64,000 nucleotides of DNA from Ignavibacteriota bacterium (GCA_025358305.1 JANYJZ010000007.1:1738-65737), one strand, 5' to 3'; positions 49,801 through 59,584 are shown, counted from the stretch's first letter. Numbers and translations are program-made. Notes: a model not told the origin generated them from the sequence alone.

Positions 49801-51568
49801 GGAGCAGCGGCTGCTTGTCGAACTTCAGCGTCATGAACGGCGCATCAATGAACGCGATGGGCACGCTCACGCTGTCCGACGTCGAGGTCGACCGGACGAC
49901 GATCCGGTTCTCGTATGCCGGCGGGGTGCCGGCGGGGTAGCCGTAGATCGTGTTATCCACGCTCGTCGCCACTTCGAACGAAGCGCTGTCGCCCGGCGCG
50001 ACCGTCATCGAGCTCGGGTGCAGTGCGACGCCGACCCCGCCGGGCAGCGCATTGCGCACGGAGAGGGCGAACGTCTGGGGGGTCGCCCGATGGTTGTGGA
50101 CGGTGAGCGTGTCCGTGCGCGACCAGAGACCGAGGGTGTGATCCACCATGCCGAGGCTGACACTTCCCGGTGTGACATCGGCGAGCATGATCCCGGCGCC
50201 CGCGAGATCGATCCTCCCGCTCCCCTGCGACCAGACATTCGCTCCGAGGTTGTGCGCGCTTGCCATGAGGACCGCCTTGATCTCCGCGGGAGGCCACTCG
50301 GGATGGAGCTCACGGAGCAATGCCGCCGCGCCGGCGACGTGGGGCGTCGCCATCGACGTACCGCTCCGAGCGATGTAGCCCCCTCCAAGCTTTGCCGAGA
50401 CGATCTGGCTCCCCGGCGCGGTCACATCCGGCTTGATGGCAAAGGTGAGATCCGTTCCCCCGCGGGAGCTGAACGAGGCGACGGCATCGGCGTTCGTCGA
50501 GGCTCCCACGGTCAAGGCCCCCTTCGCGCAGCCCGGAGAGGATATACTCTGGTACGCGGGACCGTTATTGCCGGCCGCGACGGCGCAGACCACCCCGCTT
50601 GCGACGGCATTGTCCACCGCTTGAGACAGGGGGTCGCCGGGATCGCCGGAGCCGCCGAGGCTCATGCTGATGACCTTGATCGGCGTGGGTGTTGACGGAT
50701 CGCCGTCCGGATCGAGCGCCTTCTCGATCCCCGCGATGACCTGCGACGAGTAGCCCGACCCTCCGGCGTTGAGCACCTTGAATGCCCAGAGTCTGGCCTT
50801 CGGCGCCACGCCTCTCAAGTTCATCGGAGGCGGTCCGTCCCCGGCGGCAATGCCGGCCACATGCGTCCCGTGCCCATGGTCGTCCATGGGGTCGTTGTCG
50901 CCGTTGATGATGTCGCTCCCTCCGACGACCTTGGCGTTGGGGAACGGCGCTCCTCCGAGCGCTTCATGCAGGTAGTCAATTCCGGTGTCGAGGATCGCGA
51001 TGTCGATGTTCTCCCCCTTCAAGCTGTAGGCGTCCCAAAATCCCGGCGCCCCGACCAGCGTGTTGCTCGCGTCATCGAGCGTTGAGACCATCGCGTCGAT
51101 ATAGATGCCCGAGACATAGGGAAGTCTCCGGACCTCCGCAATGATCCCCTGGCTCATTCTCAACGCGATGCCGTCAACGGCGATGAAGTATTCGAACCGA
51201 ACGGTGGATGCCGCCGCCGTCGTCGGCCGCTGCGCCGCCATGGCTTCGATCGCCCTGAGATCGGATTTGAATCGCTGGTGCACGCCGAGGAGCCCGTCCA
51301 AGACGGAGAAAACCCGGCCGCCCGGCAACGCCTTGCGCATCTCGAATCTGGCGCTTAACGGAGGATCTTTGAACAAGACGATGACGTTCGTATCTCGGTC
51401 CTGGTCGAACGTCATGGAGCGAAGCACGCTGTCCCCTTTCATGACAAATACCATCGGGCCGCTAGTGTGTGGAGCGCCGAGCGGCGCTCCGGAGAGAACC
51501 CGGAGCTGTCCCAAGGCGCCGGCAACGCATGAAAGGGCAAGGAAGAGTGTCAGAAGTGCGAATTTCAC
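46892..51568 (-). CDS. S8 (subtilisin-family) serine peptidase, T9SS cargo (1558 aa)
   Basis: Triad IAILDTGID / HGHGTHVAG / SGTSMATPH; signal peptide and propeptide; Ig-like domains; pre-CTD cassette; FQLGQNYPNPFNPTTTI...KKMLLMR. Confidence 0.95.
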   Translation of the reverse strand: MKFALLTLFLALSCVAGALGQLRVLSGAPLGAPHTSGPMVFVMKGDSVLRSMTFDQDRDTNVIVLFKDPPLSARFEMRKALPGGRVFSVLDGLLGVHQRFKSDLRAIEAMAAQRPTTAAASTVRFEYFIAVDGIALRMSQGIIAEVRRLPYVSGIYIDAMVSTLDDASNTLVGAPGFWDAYSLKGENIDIAILDTGIDYLHEALGGAPFPNAKVVGGSDIINGDNDPMDDHGHGTHVAGIAAGDGPPPMNLRGVAPKARLWAFKVLNAGGSGYSSQVIAGIEKALDPDGDPSTPTPIKVISMSLGGSGDPGDPLSQAVDNAVASGVVCAVAAGNNGPAYQSISSPGCAKGALTVGASTNADAVASFSSRGGTDLTFAIKPDVTAPGSQIVSAKLGGGYIARSGTSMATPHVAGAAALLRELHPEWPPAEIKAVLMASAHNLGANVWSQGSGRIDLAGAGIMLADVTPGSVSLGMVDHTLGLWSRTDTLTVHNHRATPQTFALSVRNALPGGVGVALHPSSMTVAPGDSASFEVATSVDNTIYGYPAGTPPAYENRIVVRSTSTSDSVSVPIAFIDAPFMTLKFDKQPLLLFIQNKKGKYLIKEGSIADSLVLLLPNDTYDILVDFDFAHAVLREHVVQNGTSLVMINSSEARHQIVLRSNDLAGNNTAFGNNIFNRYIVPKGAKSTDVTIGWLFIGYPYETPFFVSDVSADYTYFSKVSSVFPSGDFAAMPFVIAGGISNDTLLQNDSGRWKQLDYTYPAPANLAQVHVFNETNGWFSQVLARPFHATSYVAPVSSPSAVPEALQQYLYAYQTVSSGADPFFSTDPVLYRTGIAVVSDPDTVKFYNEGNTANPLLTTTAGPVNIPVGEGAPLWIGRTWNTASVVSLGPGQLNSKGYFVSPHGDLSFSLFPYVLLRGDSVIRTGTFLNGYCIGTGVCAGDPGNIATITPGPYRLRATYGDYSIGNVRGAETVTLDFDLGALDKNPPALTRLEIFSDGTATDVLLNGSANEVVFSVADPFVAHASGVASVETFMRLLGDASWRPLALTIQDSTYRARLPDGLPGGYYSLRIVMRDSTGNVLDDMIEPAFEVPGPAFSAVNFAFGTVSAACRSTKRFSLKNTDPAVALTVRSIASDDPDFTVSPASRIIEPLAEGSFEITFHPGSQGSKAGNIIVAHSAKAAPDTLTVSGIGIGADSGAISMTASYGTDWQLVSLPVTGCPMTLSPLFEFSSSYVQRDTLLNGRGYWTKLLDSSIAFSGYPLARETSSVNAGWNIVGSITNNVAVGALLTIPPGILGSPFFGFDRTYYIADSIAAGHAYWVRATQAGELVVGSGPAGPPLKPAAEDILSRSNFLAIADALGRTQRLYFIDGHEAGQWPERLSLPPAPPGDAFDARFSSGHMLVATAPGKSQEFPVSVSSAHYPIRFTLHTAAVAIDALLEVSQEAFALKAGATVELAKPASRITLRLNAQSSTPARFQLGQNYPNPFNPTTTISYGLPRSSAVRLEIFTALGQKIGVLIDEFQAAGLHEATFDARALPSGVYFYRLQAGTFADVKKMLLMR

Positions 51569-52037
51569 GAATGTCTCACGATCATCTCCGGCAGCAGTTT
51601 ATCGAGCGTGCGCGTCATGTTCGAGACACCACAGAAAAAGACCACGAGGTCGACGGAATACACGGTTGTTGAGGAGATCCATGATGCCGCCAGTCGCGTT
51701 GGATGCAATCCAGAAGAATCTTCATAGAAAGGGGCGCTCTTTGCGCATCATACGGACGGGCACGCAAGAGTGCCGCCCGTTCTCTTCTCTGACCATAGTT
51801 GCGTAGAATACGATACTATAAATGAGATCAATTTGAGCCTAATTGTCAAGAGACTCATTTAGATATCTCTATGAGGCAACGAATCAACTTCGTTTAGATC
51901 TTTACATGAGTTAATACGGAGACGCCGAATCTTCGCCGGCAACCGGGGAAAGCCGCGGGAGAAAGCGCCCCCTCACAGCTCCCGATGCCCCGGGCCTAAT
52001 AGGCTCCCCTGATAGACGGCTCTGACCCCCGATCCTG

Positions 52038-52066
52038 TTGAAAGTGGCCCTCCGGATGAGTACCTT
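52038..52066 (+). promoter_or_regulatory. Candidate sigma70 promoter of the GT39-like gene
   Basis: TTGAAA-17-TACCTT. Confidence 0.45.
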
Positions 52067-52096
52067 ACAACCCTAAGAAAATTCACACAGGCGTCA

Positions 52097-54223
52097 GTGG
52101 AACCTATTTCAACATCGACAGAACAGCACATCAGGTACGAACGGACGTTCCTCCTCCTGATCGTAACAATTGGGGCGGTCTTCCGAATCTGGCACCTGTC
52201 TTGGAGCCTCCCCGATATGTACGAAGAGGCCTACCCGTTCGCCGTCGCGTGGAAGTTCTGGCGCTGGGGCGCTCCCGGCATCACCTTAAACCCGGACTTT
52301 TTCCACTACCCCGCGCTCACATGCTACCTCCAGTTCGCTCTCCAGGCGGCTCACTACGGCATTGGTCACCTCACGGGGGCGTACCACGACCTGGCAGCGT
52401 TCCAGAAGGCGTACGAACAGGACCCGACCCTCTTCATCACGCTGGCCCGAGGCCTCAGCGCCGTGTTCGACATCGGGACGATCCTTCTCCTCTACGCGGT
52501 CGTATCGCGGTGGTTCGGGAGCGCTGCCGGGCTCGTCGCCTCGCTCGTTCTGGCGCTCAACCCCCTGTTCATCACGGAGGCCCAGATCGTGAACGTCGAT
52601 ACCCCGATGACGTTCTTCGCTCTCCTAGCCTTTTACTTCATCACGAGGCTCGACGACGCGCCCGAACTGCGCTGGTACATCCTGGCTGGCGTTGCGACAG
52701 GACTGGCGGCCGGATCGAAGTACAACGGTGTCCTCATGGTTGCCCCCCTCCTCCTGGCGCATTTCTGGCGCAAGATCCCTACGGAAGGCGAGAGAGGCAG
52801 CAATGTGACGCTCCGGCTCCTCTTGGCCCTCGGTGCCTCGGCGGTCGTGTTCATCATCCTGAACCCATACATCCTCTTGCATGCGTCGCAGTTCCTGATT
52901 GACTTCTCCTATGAGCAGCGCCACATGGCCACAGGTCATCTGGGGGTGGAGCCGGGGCGAAGCTCTCTTCTCTGGTACCTCACCGACGCTTTTCCGCGTT
53001 ACCTCGGCTGGCCGTTCCTCTTCGCATCGGTCTGCGGCATCCTCATCGGCGCAGTACGGAAGGATCGGCGGCTTCTCCTCGCCATGGTCTTTCCCGTCTT
53101 CTATCTCTGCGTCATCGGCTCGTGGGAGATGAGGGCGGAACGGTACATCCTCCCCGTCATGCCGTTCCTTCTGCTCTTTGGCTCGGTCGCTCTGGTCGAA
53201 TTCTGGGAGACGATCTCCGTGTTCACCGGAAACCGTACCCTCCTTCGGTCGGGGTCGTTGGCGGCCCTTCTCTTGATCGTACTGGCCTGGCCCGTATCGT
53301 CGACGCTTTCCTACCACCGCTCGCTCGCCCTCCCCGATACGAGGACGCAGGCACGAGAGTGGATCATGGAGTCGCTGCCGCAGTCGTCGGCGATCGTCAC
53401 GGGGCCTTTCGGGATCAGCATACCGAAGGAGCGCTACACGTCGCTCCTCATCCCGTTCACTCCCACCGGTTCCGAGGCGCTCGCGCCGTTCTACGATCCT
53501 CGTTGGTACGAGGACATGGACCTCTTGATCGCGAGCGACTACGACTACGGCCGGTTCCTCCTCGAGCCCGAGCGCTATAAGGAAGTACTCGCCCAATACG
53601 CGCGCCTTCGGTCCGCATGGCGCATGGAGAAGGAGTTCAAGCCCGCCGAGTCCCAGAACGGTCCGACCATCTGGCTGTACCGGCCGCCTCCGACGCCAGC
53701 CGGTCTGTTCGACGCATCGCTCTTCCATGGCCTCTCAACGATCGCCGAAACGTCGCTCGTCGTCCAGTTCTCGGAGAACCTCGCGTCGGCGCTCTTCGCG
53801 AAGGGGAAGCTCGAAAAATGCGGCCAGATGCTCGACGCGTCGCTCGCCCTTGCCCCCAAAGATACGCGTCTGGCGAACTCCTTCGCGTGGGCGCTCTTCA
53901 AGGAGTCGCGCTACCGGGAGGCGCTCGGATTCACCAAACGGTCGCTCGCCGCCAGCGTCGATCAGGCGGAGATGCTCGCTCTCACGGGGAGCGTCCTCCT
54001 GCGAACGGGGGACGACCAGGGGGCGGAGCGGGAGCTCCTCCTCGCGCTCGCGAAGAACGCCCGGATGGAGATCCCATACCTCGATCTCGAGCTGTTGTAT
54101 CGAAAGCGGAACGACCGGGAGAACCAGATCGGCATACTTCGGAGGTATCTTGCGATACTCCCCGCCGGGAGCGAGAATGCACGCAAGACCGAGAGCTACC
54201 TGACGCAGCTGGAGCGGCCGTAA
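52097..54223 (+). CDS. GT-C (family 39/ArnT-like) membrane glycosyltransferase with C-terminal TPR-like helices
   Basis: DMYEE luminal loop, FHYPAL, many TM helices, NVDTP, SKYNG, ERYILP; helical repeat tail. Confidence 0.75.
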   Translation: MEPISTSTEQHIRYERTFLLLIVTIGAVFRIWHLSWSLPDMYEEAYPFAVAWKFWRWGAPGITLNPDFFHYPALTCYLQFALQAAHYGIGHLTGAYHDLAAFQKAYEQDPTLFITLARGLSAVFDIGTILLLYAVVSRWFGSAAGLVASLVLALNPLFITEAQIVNVDTPMTFFALLAFYFITRLDDAPELRWYILAGVATGLAAGSKYNGVLMVAPLLLAHFWRKIPTEGERGSNVTLRLLLALGASAVVFIILNPYILLHASQFLIDFSYEQRHMATGHLGVEPGRSSLLWYLTDAFPRYLGWPFLFASVCGILIGAVRKDRRLLLAMVFPVFYLCVIGSWEMRAERYILPVMPFLLLFGSVALVEFWETISVFTGNRTLLRSGSLAALLLIVLAWPVSSTLSYHRSLALPDTRTQAREWIMESLPQSSAIVTGPFGISIPKERYTSLLIPFTPTGSEALAPFYDPRWYEDMDLLIASDYDYGRFLLEPERYKEVLAQYARLRSAWRMEKEFKPAESQNGPTIWLYRPPPTPAGLFDASLFHGLSTIAETSLVVQFSENLASALFAKGKLEKCGQMLDASLALAPKDTRLANSFAWALFKESRYREALGFTKRSLAASVDQAEMLALTGSVLLRTGDDQGAERELLLALAKNARMEIPYLDLELLYRKRNDRENQIGILRRYLAILPAGSENARKTESYLTQLERP

Positions 54224-54318
54224 CTCCTGGTGGACCGTCTCCCCCCCTCGGCCGGACCTGGGATCATCCTCCGTCACCGGGCTGGTTTTCTCATGAATAC
54301 CGCCTTGGCGGTACACCG

Positions 54319-54351
54319 TTTCATCTTGCTTTCATCTAGAAAAGGTATCTT
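54319..54351 (+). promoter_or_regulatory. OmpR-type direct-repeat box plus -10 (autoregulatory site)
   Basis: TTTCATC at 54319 and 54330 (11-bp period); TATCTT at 54346. Confidence 0.65.
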
Positions 54352-54369
54352 GTTGCCGAGACGAGCCAC

Positions 54370-55053
54370 ATGCGCATACTCCTGATCGAAGATGATACGA
54401 AGGTCGCCGCCGCGGTTTCCAAGAACCTGCGATCGGCGGGCTACGCCGTGGACATCGCCTATGACGGCATCACCGGCGAGGAACTGGCGAAGACCAACGA
54501 CAACGACCTCATCATTCTCGACGTCCTCCTTCCCCGACAGGACGGCTGGACGACCTGCGCGAACCTCAGGAAGCAGAACATCACGACGCCGATCCTCATG
54601 CTGACGGCGCTGGAAGACGTAGGCGACAAGATCCGCGGGCTCGACACGGGCGCCGACGATTACCTCGCGAAGCCGTTCCACACCGGCGAGCTCGTCGCCA
54701 GGATCCGTTCACTCGTCCGCAGGTCGACCGAGGTCCGAGCGGCGACCACCGAGCAGTTCGGCTTGCGTCTCGAGCTCAACACGCACAAGGCCGTCCGTGA
54801 GGGACGCGAGATCCCCCTGACGGCAAAGGAGTTCGCCCTCCTCGAACTCTTCATGCTCAACCCCAACACCATCCTTACCCGTTCAAGGATCTCCGAGCAC
54901 CTCTGGGACATGAACTTCGAACCCAGAAGCAATGTCATCGAGTCGTTCATCAAGTTCCTCCGGCGTAAGGTCGACAAGGGGTTCGACCGCCAGCTCATCC
55001 ACACCGTCCGGGGCGCCGGGTACATCTTTTCGGACCGCGATGCTGAGCATTAG
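54370..55053 (+). CDS. OmpR/PhoB-family response regulator
   Basis: ILLIEDD, IILDVLLP, GADDYLAKPF, IHTVRGAGY. Confidence 0.96.
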   Translation: MRILLIEDDTKVAAAVSKNLRSAGYAVDIAYDGITGEELAKTNDNDLIILDVLLPRQDGWTTCANLRKQNITTPILMLTALEDVGDKIRGLDTGADDYLAKPFHTGELVARIRSLVRRSTEVRAATTEQFGLRLELNTHKAVREGREIPLTAKEFALLELFMLNPNTILTRSRISEHLWDMNFEPRSNVIESFIKFLRRKVDKGFDRQLIHTVRGAGYIFSDRDAEH

Positions 55054-56431
55054 GACGAAGATCATCCTCGCATACACGCTCGTCTTCGGGCTCCTGCTGC
55101 TCGGATTTGCGTACTTCATCTACCAGGACACGCGTGAGGCCGAGACGGCGAAGCTCGATGCACGCCTTGAGAGCTACGCCGCGAAGATCTCGACCGAACT
55201 CAGCGAGGAGGAGAATGAGTCGCGCACGGACCAGGACCAGGGTGCCATTTTGAAGCGGGAGATCGACCGGAGGCCCGGACTACATGCGGAGCTTGTTTCG
55301 CCCAGCGGCGTCATCATCGACCGGGACAGCCTTTTTGACCAGGCTCCGGACGGTCACACTCATGGGAACGTCACACGGAGCGAACGGATCGGCGGATTCA
55401 GCGCCGGGGGGACGGCATACAGGTCCCTGAGGACCAGAGTGGAGGTCGACGAGAACGACCGTCCCGTCCTCGAACTTGCTCTCTCCATGACGGATGTGAA
55501 CGACGTCCTCCAGCGCCTCCTCATCGAATACCTCATCGGGATCCCGCTCGCCCTTTTCGTCACGTCGCTCGCAGCGTACGGCATCACGAAGCTCGCATTC
55601 CGGCCGATGATCGGCATGGTGGATACCGCCCGGCAGATCACTGCGAGCAACCTCCACGAGCGGCTCACGCTTCCCAAGGCGCACGACGAGGTCCGCCATC
55701 TCGGCGAGACGCTCAACAGCATGATCGAACGGATCGAATCGTCATTCCGGGGCCAGCGCCAGTTCATCGCCGACGCCTCGCACGAGATCCGCACCCCGCT
55801 GACGGTCCTGTGCAGCGAGCTGGAGTTCGCTGCGAGCCAGACAACGGAGCCCGCCGTGAAGGAAAGCATTCAGACGTCGCTCCTGGAGATCGACCGGCTG
55901 ACACGACTCACCGACAGCCTCCTCCTCCTTGCAAAGCTTGACGCCTCCCAACTCACGCTTGATCTCCGGCCGGTCCGCCTCGACGAGCTCCTTGTCGGGT
56001 GCGTGCAGCGCATCAGCCCAGTGGCCAATAAGAAGGACGTCCAGATCAAGGTCGACCTCCATGACGCCGCAGAGATACGAGCCGACGAGGAAAAGCTCCA
56101 GCGCGTGATCATCAATCTCCTCGATAACGCTGTGAAGTACGCTCCCGCGCACTCCGTCGTCACGGCGTCGGTCGACCGAGTCCGGCCGGACGCGGTCCTC
56201 CTCCGGTTCGACGATACCGGCCCGGGCATCCCGGCGGAGGCACTCGGGCACATCTTCACGCGGTTCTACCGCGCCGACCCGGCACGCTCCGGATATGACG
56301 GAGCAGGGCTCGGACTGGCCATCGTACAGCAGCTCGTGGAGCTCCACGGCGGAACGGTCAGCGTGACGAGCACCCCGGGGAGAGGATCCTCCTTCCAGGT
56401 CGAACTTCCCGCTGGCGCCCCGGCCGGGTAG
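55040..56431 (+). CDS. HAMP-domain sensor histidine kinase (CusS-like architecture)
   Basis: Start moved to ATG 55040; two TM helices; FIADASHEIRTPL, INLLDNAVKY, DTGPGI, GLGLAI. Confidence 0.95.
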   Translation: MLSIRTKIILAYTLVFGLLLLGFAYFIYQDTREAETAKLDARLESYAAKISTELSEEENESRTDQDQGAILKREIDRRPGLHAELVSPSGVIIDRDSLFDQAPDGHTHGNVTRSERIGGFSAGGTAYRSLRTRVEVDENDRPVLELALSMTDVNDVLQRLLIEYLIGIPLALFVTSLAAYGITKLAFRPMIGMVDTARQITASNLHERLTLPKAHDEVRHLGETLNSMIERIESSFRGQRQFIADASHEIRTPLTVLCSELEFAASQTTEPAVKESIQTSLLEIDRLTRLTDSLLLLAKLDASQLTLDLRPVRLDELLVGCVQRISPVANKKDVQIKVDLHDAAEIRADEEKLQRVIINLLDNAVKYAPAHSVVTASVDRVRPDAVLLRFDDTGPGIPAEALGHIFTRFYRADPARSGYDGAGLGLAIVQQLVELHGGTVSVTSTPGRGSSFQVELPAGAPAG

Positions 56432-56441
56432 GGCCTCACTT

Positions 56442-56474
56442 TTTCATCCCGGTTTCATCTTGAATCCGTATCTT
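56442..56474 (+). promoter_or_regulatory. Second copy of the direct-repeat box plus -10
   Basis: TTTCATC at 56442 and 56453; TATCTT at 56469; spacing identical to the 54319 site. Confidence 0.65.
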
Positions 56475-56533
56475 TCAGAGATCATTCGTTCGAACACCGG
56501 TCAGCACACCACACTATCAAGAAGGACCACCAT

Positions 56534-57073
56534 ATGAATCCCGCACGCGCGTTCGCCATCGTCATGAGCCTCATCCTGATCTCCATCGCCGGCTCCTCTC
56601 TCACTCTCGGCGCCGACAAGAAGATCACGAGGAAGGAGATACCCGCCGCCGTCCTGAAAGCCTTCGAAGCGCAGTACCCCCATGCGACGATCACGGGCCA
56701 GTCGATCGAGACGGAACTCGGTAAGCAGCTCTACGAGATCGAAAGCACGGATGGGAAGGTCGACCGGGACCTGCTCTATACGCCTTCCGGCAAGGTCGTC
56801 GAGACCGAGGAATCGTTGCCGCCCGGGAAGCTCTCCGAAGCGATGAAGAGCTCTCTCGCGAAAGAGTACCCCGACGGGAAGATCATGAAGGCGGAAAAGG
56901 TCACCCGCGAGGCGAAGACGAGCTACGAGATCCAGGTCCAAGTCGGCACAAAGACCCGCGAGGTCACGCTCGACGCGTCCGGGGAGGTCGTGAAGCCGAG
57001 CAAAAAGACCAGCGAGAACGACGAGAACGGCGAGAAGGACGATGACGACGACGACGATGACGACGGGGTGTAG
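56534..57073 (+). CDS. Periplasmic PepSY-like (BLIP-like) protein with poly-Asp tail
   Basis: Signal peptide; two IPAAV.KAF...YP...I...E.E.....YEI units; ends KDDDDDDDDDGV. Confidence 0.75.
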   Translation: MNPARAFAIVMSLILISIAGSSLTLGADKKITRKEIPAAVLKAFEAQYPHATITGQSIETELGKQLYEIESTDGKVDRDLLYTPSGKVVETEESLPPGKLSEAMKSSLAKEYPDGKIMKAEKVTREAKTSYEIQVQVGTKTREVTLDASGEVVKPSKKTSENDENGEKDDDDDDDDDGV

Positions 57074-57142
57074 ATAGGGTCTCTCCATCGCACGATATCG
57101 CACGATGCTCTATTACTTCTCACTCTTCTGGGATCCGCATAC

Positions 57143-59566
57143 ATGCCGCTTGTTCGATTCGCCAGCACCTGTCTCCTCCTCGTTCTCGTTTCACTCCCGG
57201 TCCGGGCTCAGAGTCCGAACACCGGAACCGTCACCGGCATCGTCATTGACGAATCCACCCGCCGGCCCGTCCCGTTCGCGAACGTCGCCGTCCATTCGGC
57301 GGCCGACAGCGCCATCGTCACCGGCGCGGCGACGGACGACGCGGGGAAGATCAGTATCGCGAACGTGCCCGCCGGCGCGTTCTATCTGACGTACGGCCTC
57401 ATCGGATACGTGGCGAAGTCGTCCGCCGTCTTCCGGATCGACGCGGAGCATAAGCATCTCAACGTCGGGACGGTCTCGCTGACGCCCAAGTCGGTCGACT
57501 TGGACGAGGTCCTCATCACGGGGGAAAAGGCGCTCTTCACCTCCTCCATCGACCGAAAGGTGTACAACGTCGACAAGGACCTCATGGCAAAATCGGGGTC
57601 CGCAAGCGAACTTCTTCAGAACATCCCGTCGGTCCAGGTCGACATCGACGGCAACATCTCCCTGCGTGGGTCGGGAAACGTCCGCTTCATGGTCAACGGC
57701 AAGACATCCCCCCTCCTCGACAAGAACAGCGCCGACGCCCTCCAAAACATGCCGGCGAGCTCCATCGAGCGGATCGAGGTCATCACGAACCCATCGGCGA
57801 AGTACAAGCCCGACGGCACCTCCGGTATCATCAACATCGTCCAGAAGAAGAATACCGCGCTCGGCTTGAACGGGAACCTCTCCGGGAACGCCGGCAACCA
57901 GGGGCGGTACAACGCGAACGTCCGGCTGAATTTCAACCCCGGCGACTGGAACGTCTATGCCGGGTACGGCTTGCGCAACGACAAGCGTAATCGGATCACC
58001 GCGGACGCGCGGCGCCAAACCGATTCCGCATCGGCCGTGACGTTCTATCGGAACGACCTCAATTCCTCCGCCAGCCCGCTTTCCCATACGCTCACAGCTG
58101 GCGCTGACTACCGGCTCGGCGAGCATGACCAGCTCGGAGTCTCGGGGAACTACTTCTACAACAGCTTTTCCCGGGACGAACAGGCCGTGCAGCTCCTCCA
58201 GGACGCGGGCCTCGCCACGCTCAACGACTACCGCCGGATCAGGAGAGACGACCAATTCGAGAAGGAATACGGGTTCACGGCCTACGTCGAGCACGACTTT
58301 CCGGGAGAGGAGCACCAGCTGCGCCTCGAGTACACGCTCTCCCGGTCCCCGGAACAGGAGGACAACCATTACACGAACGTCTATCTCTTCCCTTCGGGGC
58401 CGACGTCGTTCGAACACACGCTCATTCTCGCGGGGGACGACCGGAGCCAGGTCGCTCTGAGCTACTCCGATCCCCTGTCCGAGTCCGCAAGTTTGGAAGC
58501 AGGGTACGAAGGGGAGTTCAGCAACAACGATCTCAATAACATCGTGGAGACGTTCGACCCCGCCGCAGAACAGTATCTCAGCGACGCGTCGCGGACGAAC
58601 CGCTTTCTCTACCATGAAGCGATCAACGCCGTCTACGCGACGTACAAAGAGTCCTTCGGCGCTTTCGGCCTGATGGCCGGGCTCCGGACGGAGAAGGCGC
58701 ACATCCGCTCGGAGCTCCTGACGACCAATGCGACCATCACGAACGACTACGTCAACCTCTACCCCTCGCTCCACCTCTCCTACACGCTCGGTCCGGCGCT
58801 CGAGCTCCAGCTGAGCTACAGCCGGCGCACGCACCGCCCCCGCGGCGAGGACCTGAATCCATTCCAGGAATACCGCGACCCCAGAAACGCGCAAGCGGGA
58901 AACCCGAGGCTCCTTCCGGAGTACATCAGTTCGTTCGAACTGGGATGCCAGCTGCAGAACGACGTCCTGACCGTCGTCCCCGCCCTCTTCTACCGGTACA
59001 CGTACAACAGGATCACCAACGTGACCGAGCTCCTGAACGACACGACGCTCTTTACGACGAAGGAGAATCTCTCCACCGACCGTTCCGGCGGCCTGGAGAT
59101 CGTCGTCTCGGCGAATGTCGGAGAGCTCTTGACGCTCCACTGGAATGCGAGCGGCTTCCGCAACGAGATCGACGCCACGAACCTCGGCTACGCCGGGACG
59201 CGCTCCACGACGACCTGGACGAGCGGCCTCACGGCGAACGTCAACTGCGCGCAGGGCTCGAGGGTGCAGGTGAATTCCAATTACAATTCAGCGCGCCTCA
59301 CGCCGCAGGGCGAGTTCATCCCAAGCTGGGTGGTGAATATGGGGTATCGGCAGGAATTCATGGAAGGACGGCTTGCGATGGTGGTGACCGTGGCGGACAT
59401 CTTCAAGACGCTCAAGCGGCAGCTCGAGCTCTCCACTCCCGCGCTCACCCAAACCGTGACGAACACGCGCGACACCCGAGTCCTCTTTCTCGGGTTCACC
59501 TACCAGTTCGGGGTTCCGCCGAAGAAGTCAAAGGACGACCAATTGCGCTATGACGACAGCCTCTAG
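57143..59566 (+). CDS. TonB-dependent receptor family outer-membrane beta-barrel protein
   Basis: Signal peptide, CarboxypepD-like N-domain, plug (ELLQNIPSV, IERIEVITNPSAKY, GIINI), GNPRLLPE, terminal FTYQFG. Confidence 0.92.
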   Translation: MPLVRFASTCLLLVLVSLPVRAQSPNTGTVTGIVIDESTRRPVPFANVAVHSAADSAIVTGAATDDAGKISIANVPAGAFYLTYGLIGYVAKSSAVFRIDAEHKHLNVGTVSLTPKSVDLDEVLITGEKALFTSSIDRKVYNVDKDLMAKSGSASELLQNIPSVQVDIDGNISLRGSGNVRFMVNGKTSPLLDKNSADALQNMPASSIERIEVITNPSAKYKPDGTSGIINIVQKKNTALGLNGNLSGNAGNQGRYNANVRLNFNPGDWNVYAGYGLRNDKRNRITADARRQTDSASAVTFYRNDLNSSASPLSHTLTAGADYRLGEHDQLGVSGNYFYNSFSRDEQAVQLLQDAGLATLNDYRRIRRDDQFEKEYGFTAYVEHDFPGEEHQLRLEYTLSRSPEQEDNHYTNVYLFPSGPTSFEHTLILAGDDRSQVALSYSDPLSESASLEAGYEGEFSNNDLNNIVETFDPAAEQYLSDASRTNRFLYHEAINAVYATYKESFGAFGLMAGLRTEKAHIRSELLTTNATITNDYVNLYPSLHLSYTLGPALELQLSYSRRTHRPRGEDLNPFQEYRDPRNAQAGNPRLLPEYISSFELGCQLQNDVLTVVPALFYRYTYNRITNVTELLNDTTLFTTKENLSTDRSGGLEIVVSANVGELLTLHWNASGFRNEIDATNLGYAGTRSTTTWTSGLTANVNCAQGSRVQVNSNYNSARLTPQGEFIPSWVVNMGYRQEFMEGRLAMVVTVADIFKTLKRQLELSTPALTQTVTNTRDTRVLFLGFTYQFGVPPKKSKDDQLRYDDSL

Positions 59567-59584
59567 CGCCGGGGCGTAGCGAAC

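Noticed and set aside
51819-51910. 8-bp inverted repeat taaatgag/ctcattta and repeated ATGAG in an AT-rich spacer
   Set aside because: Short enough to arise by chance in AT-rich DNA and no second occurrence; cannot be supported as an operator.
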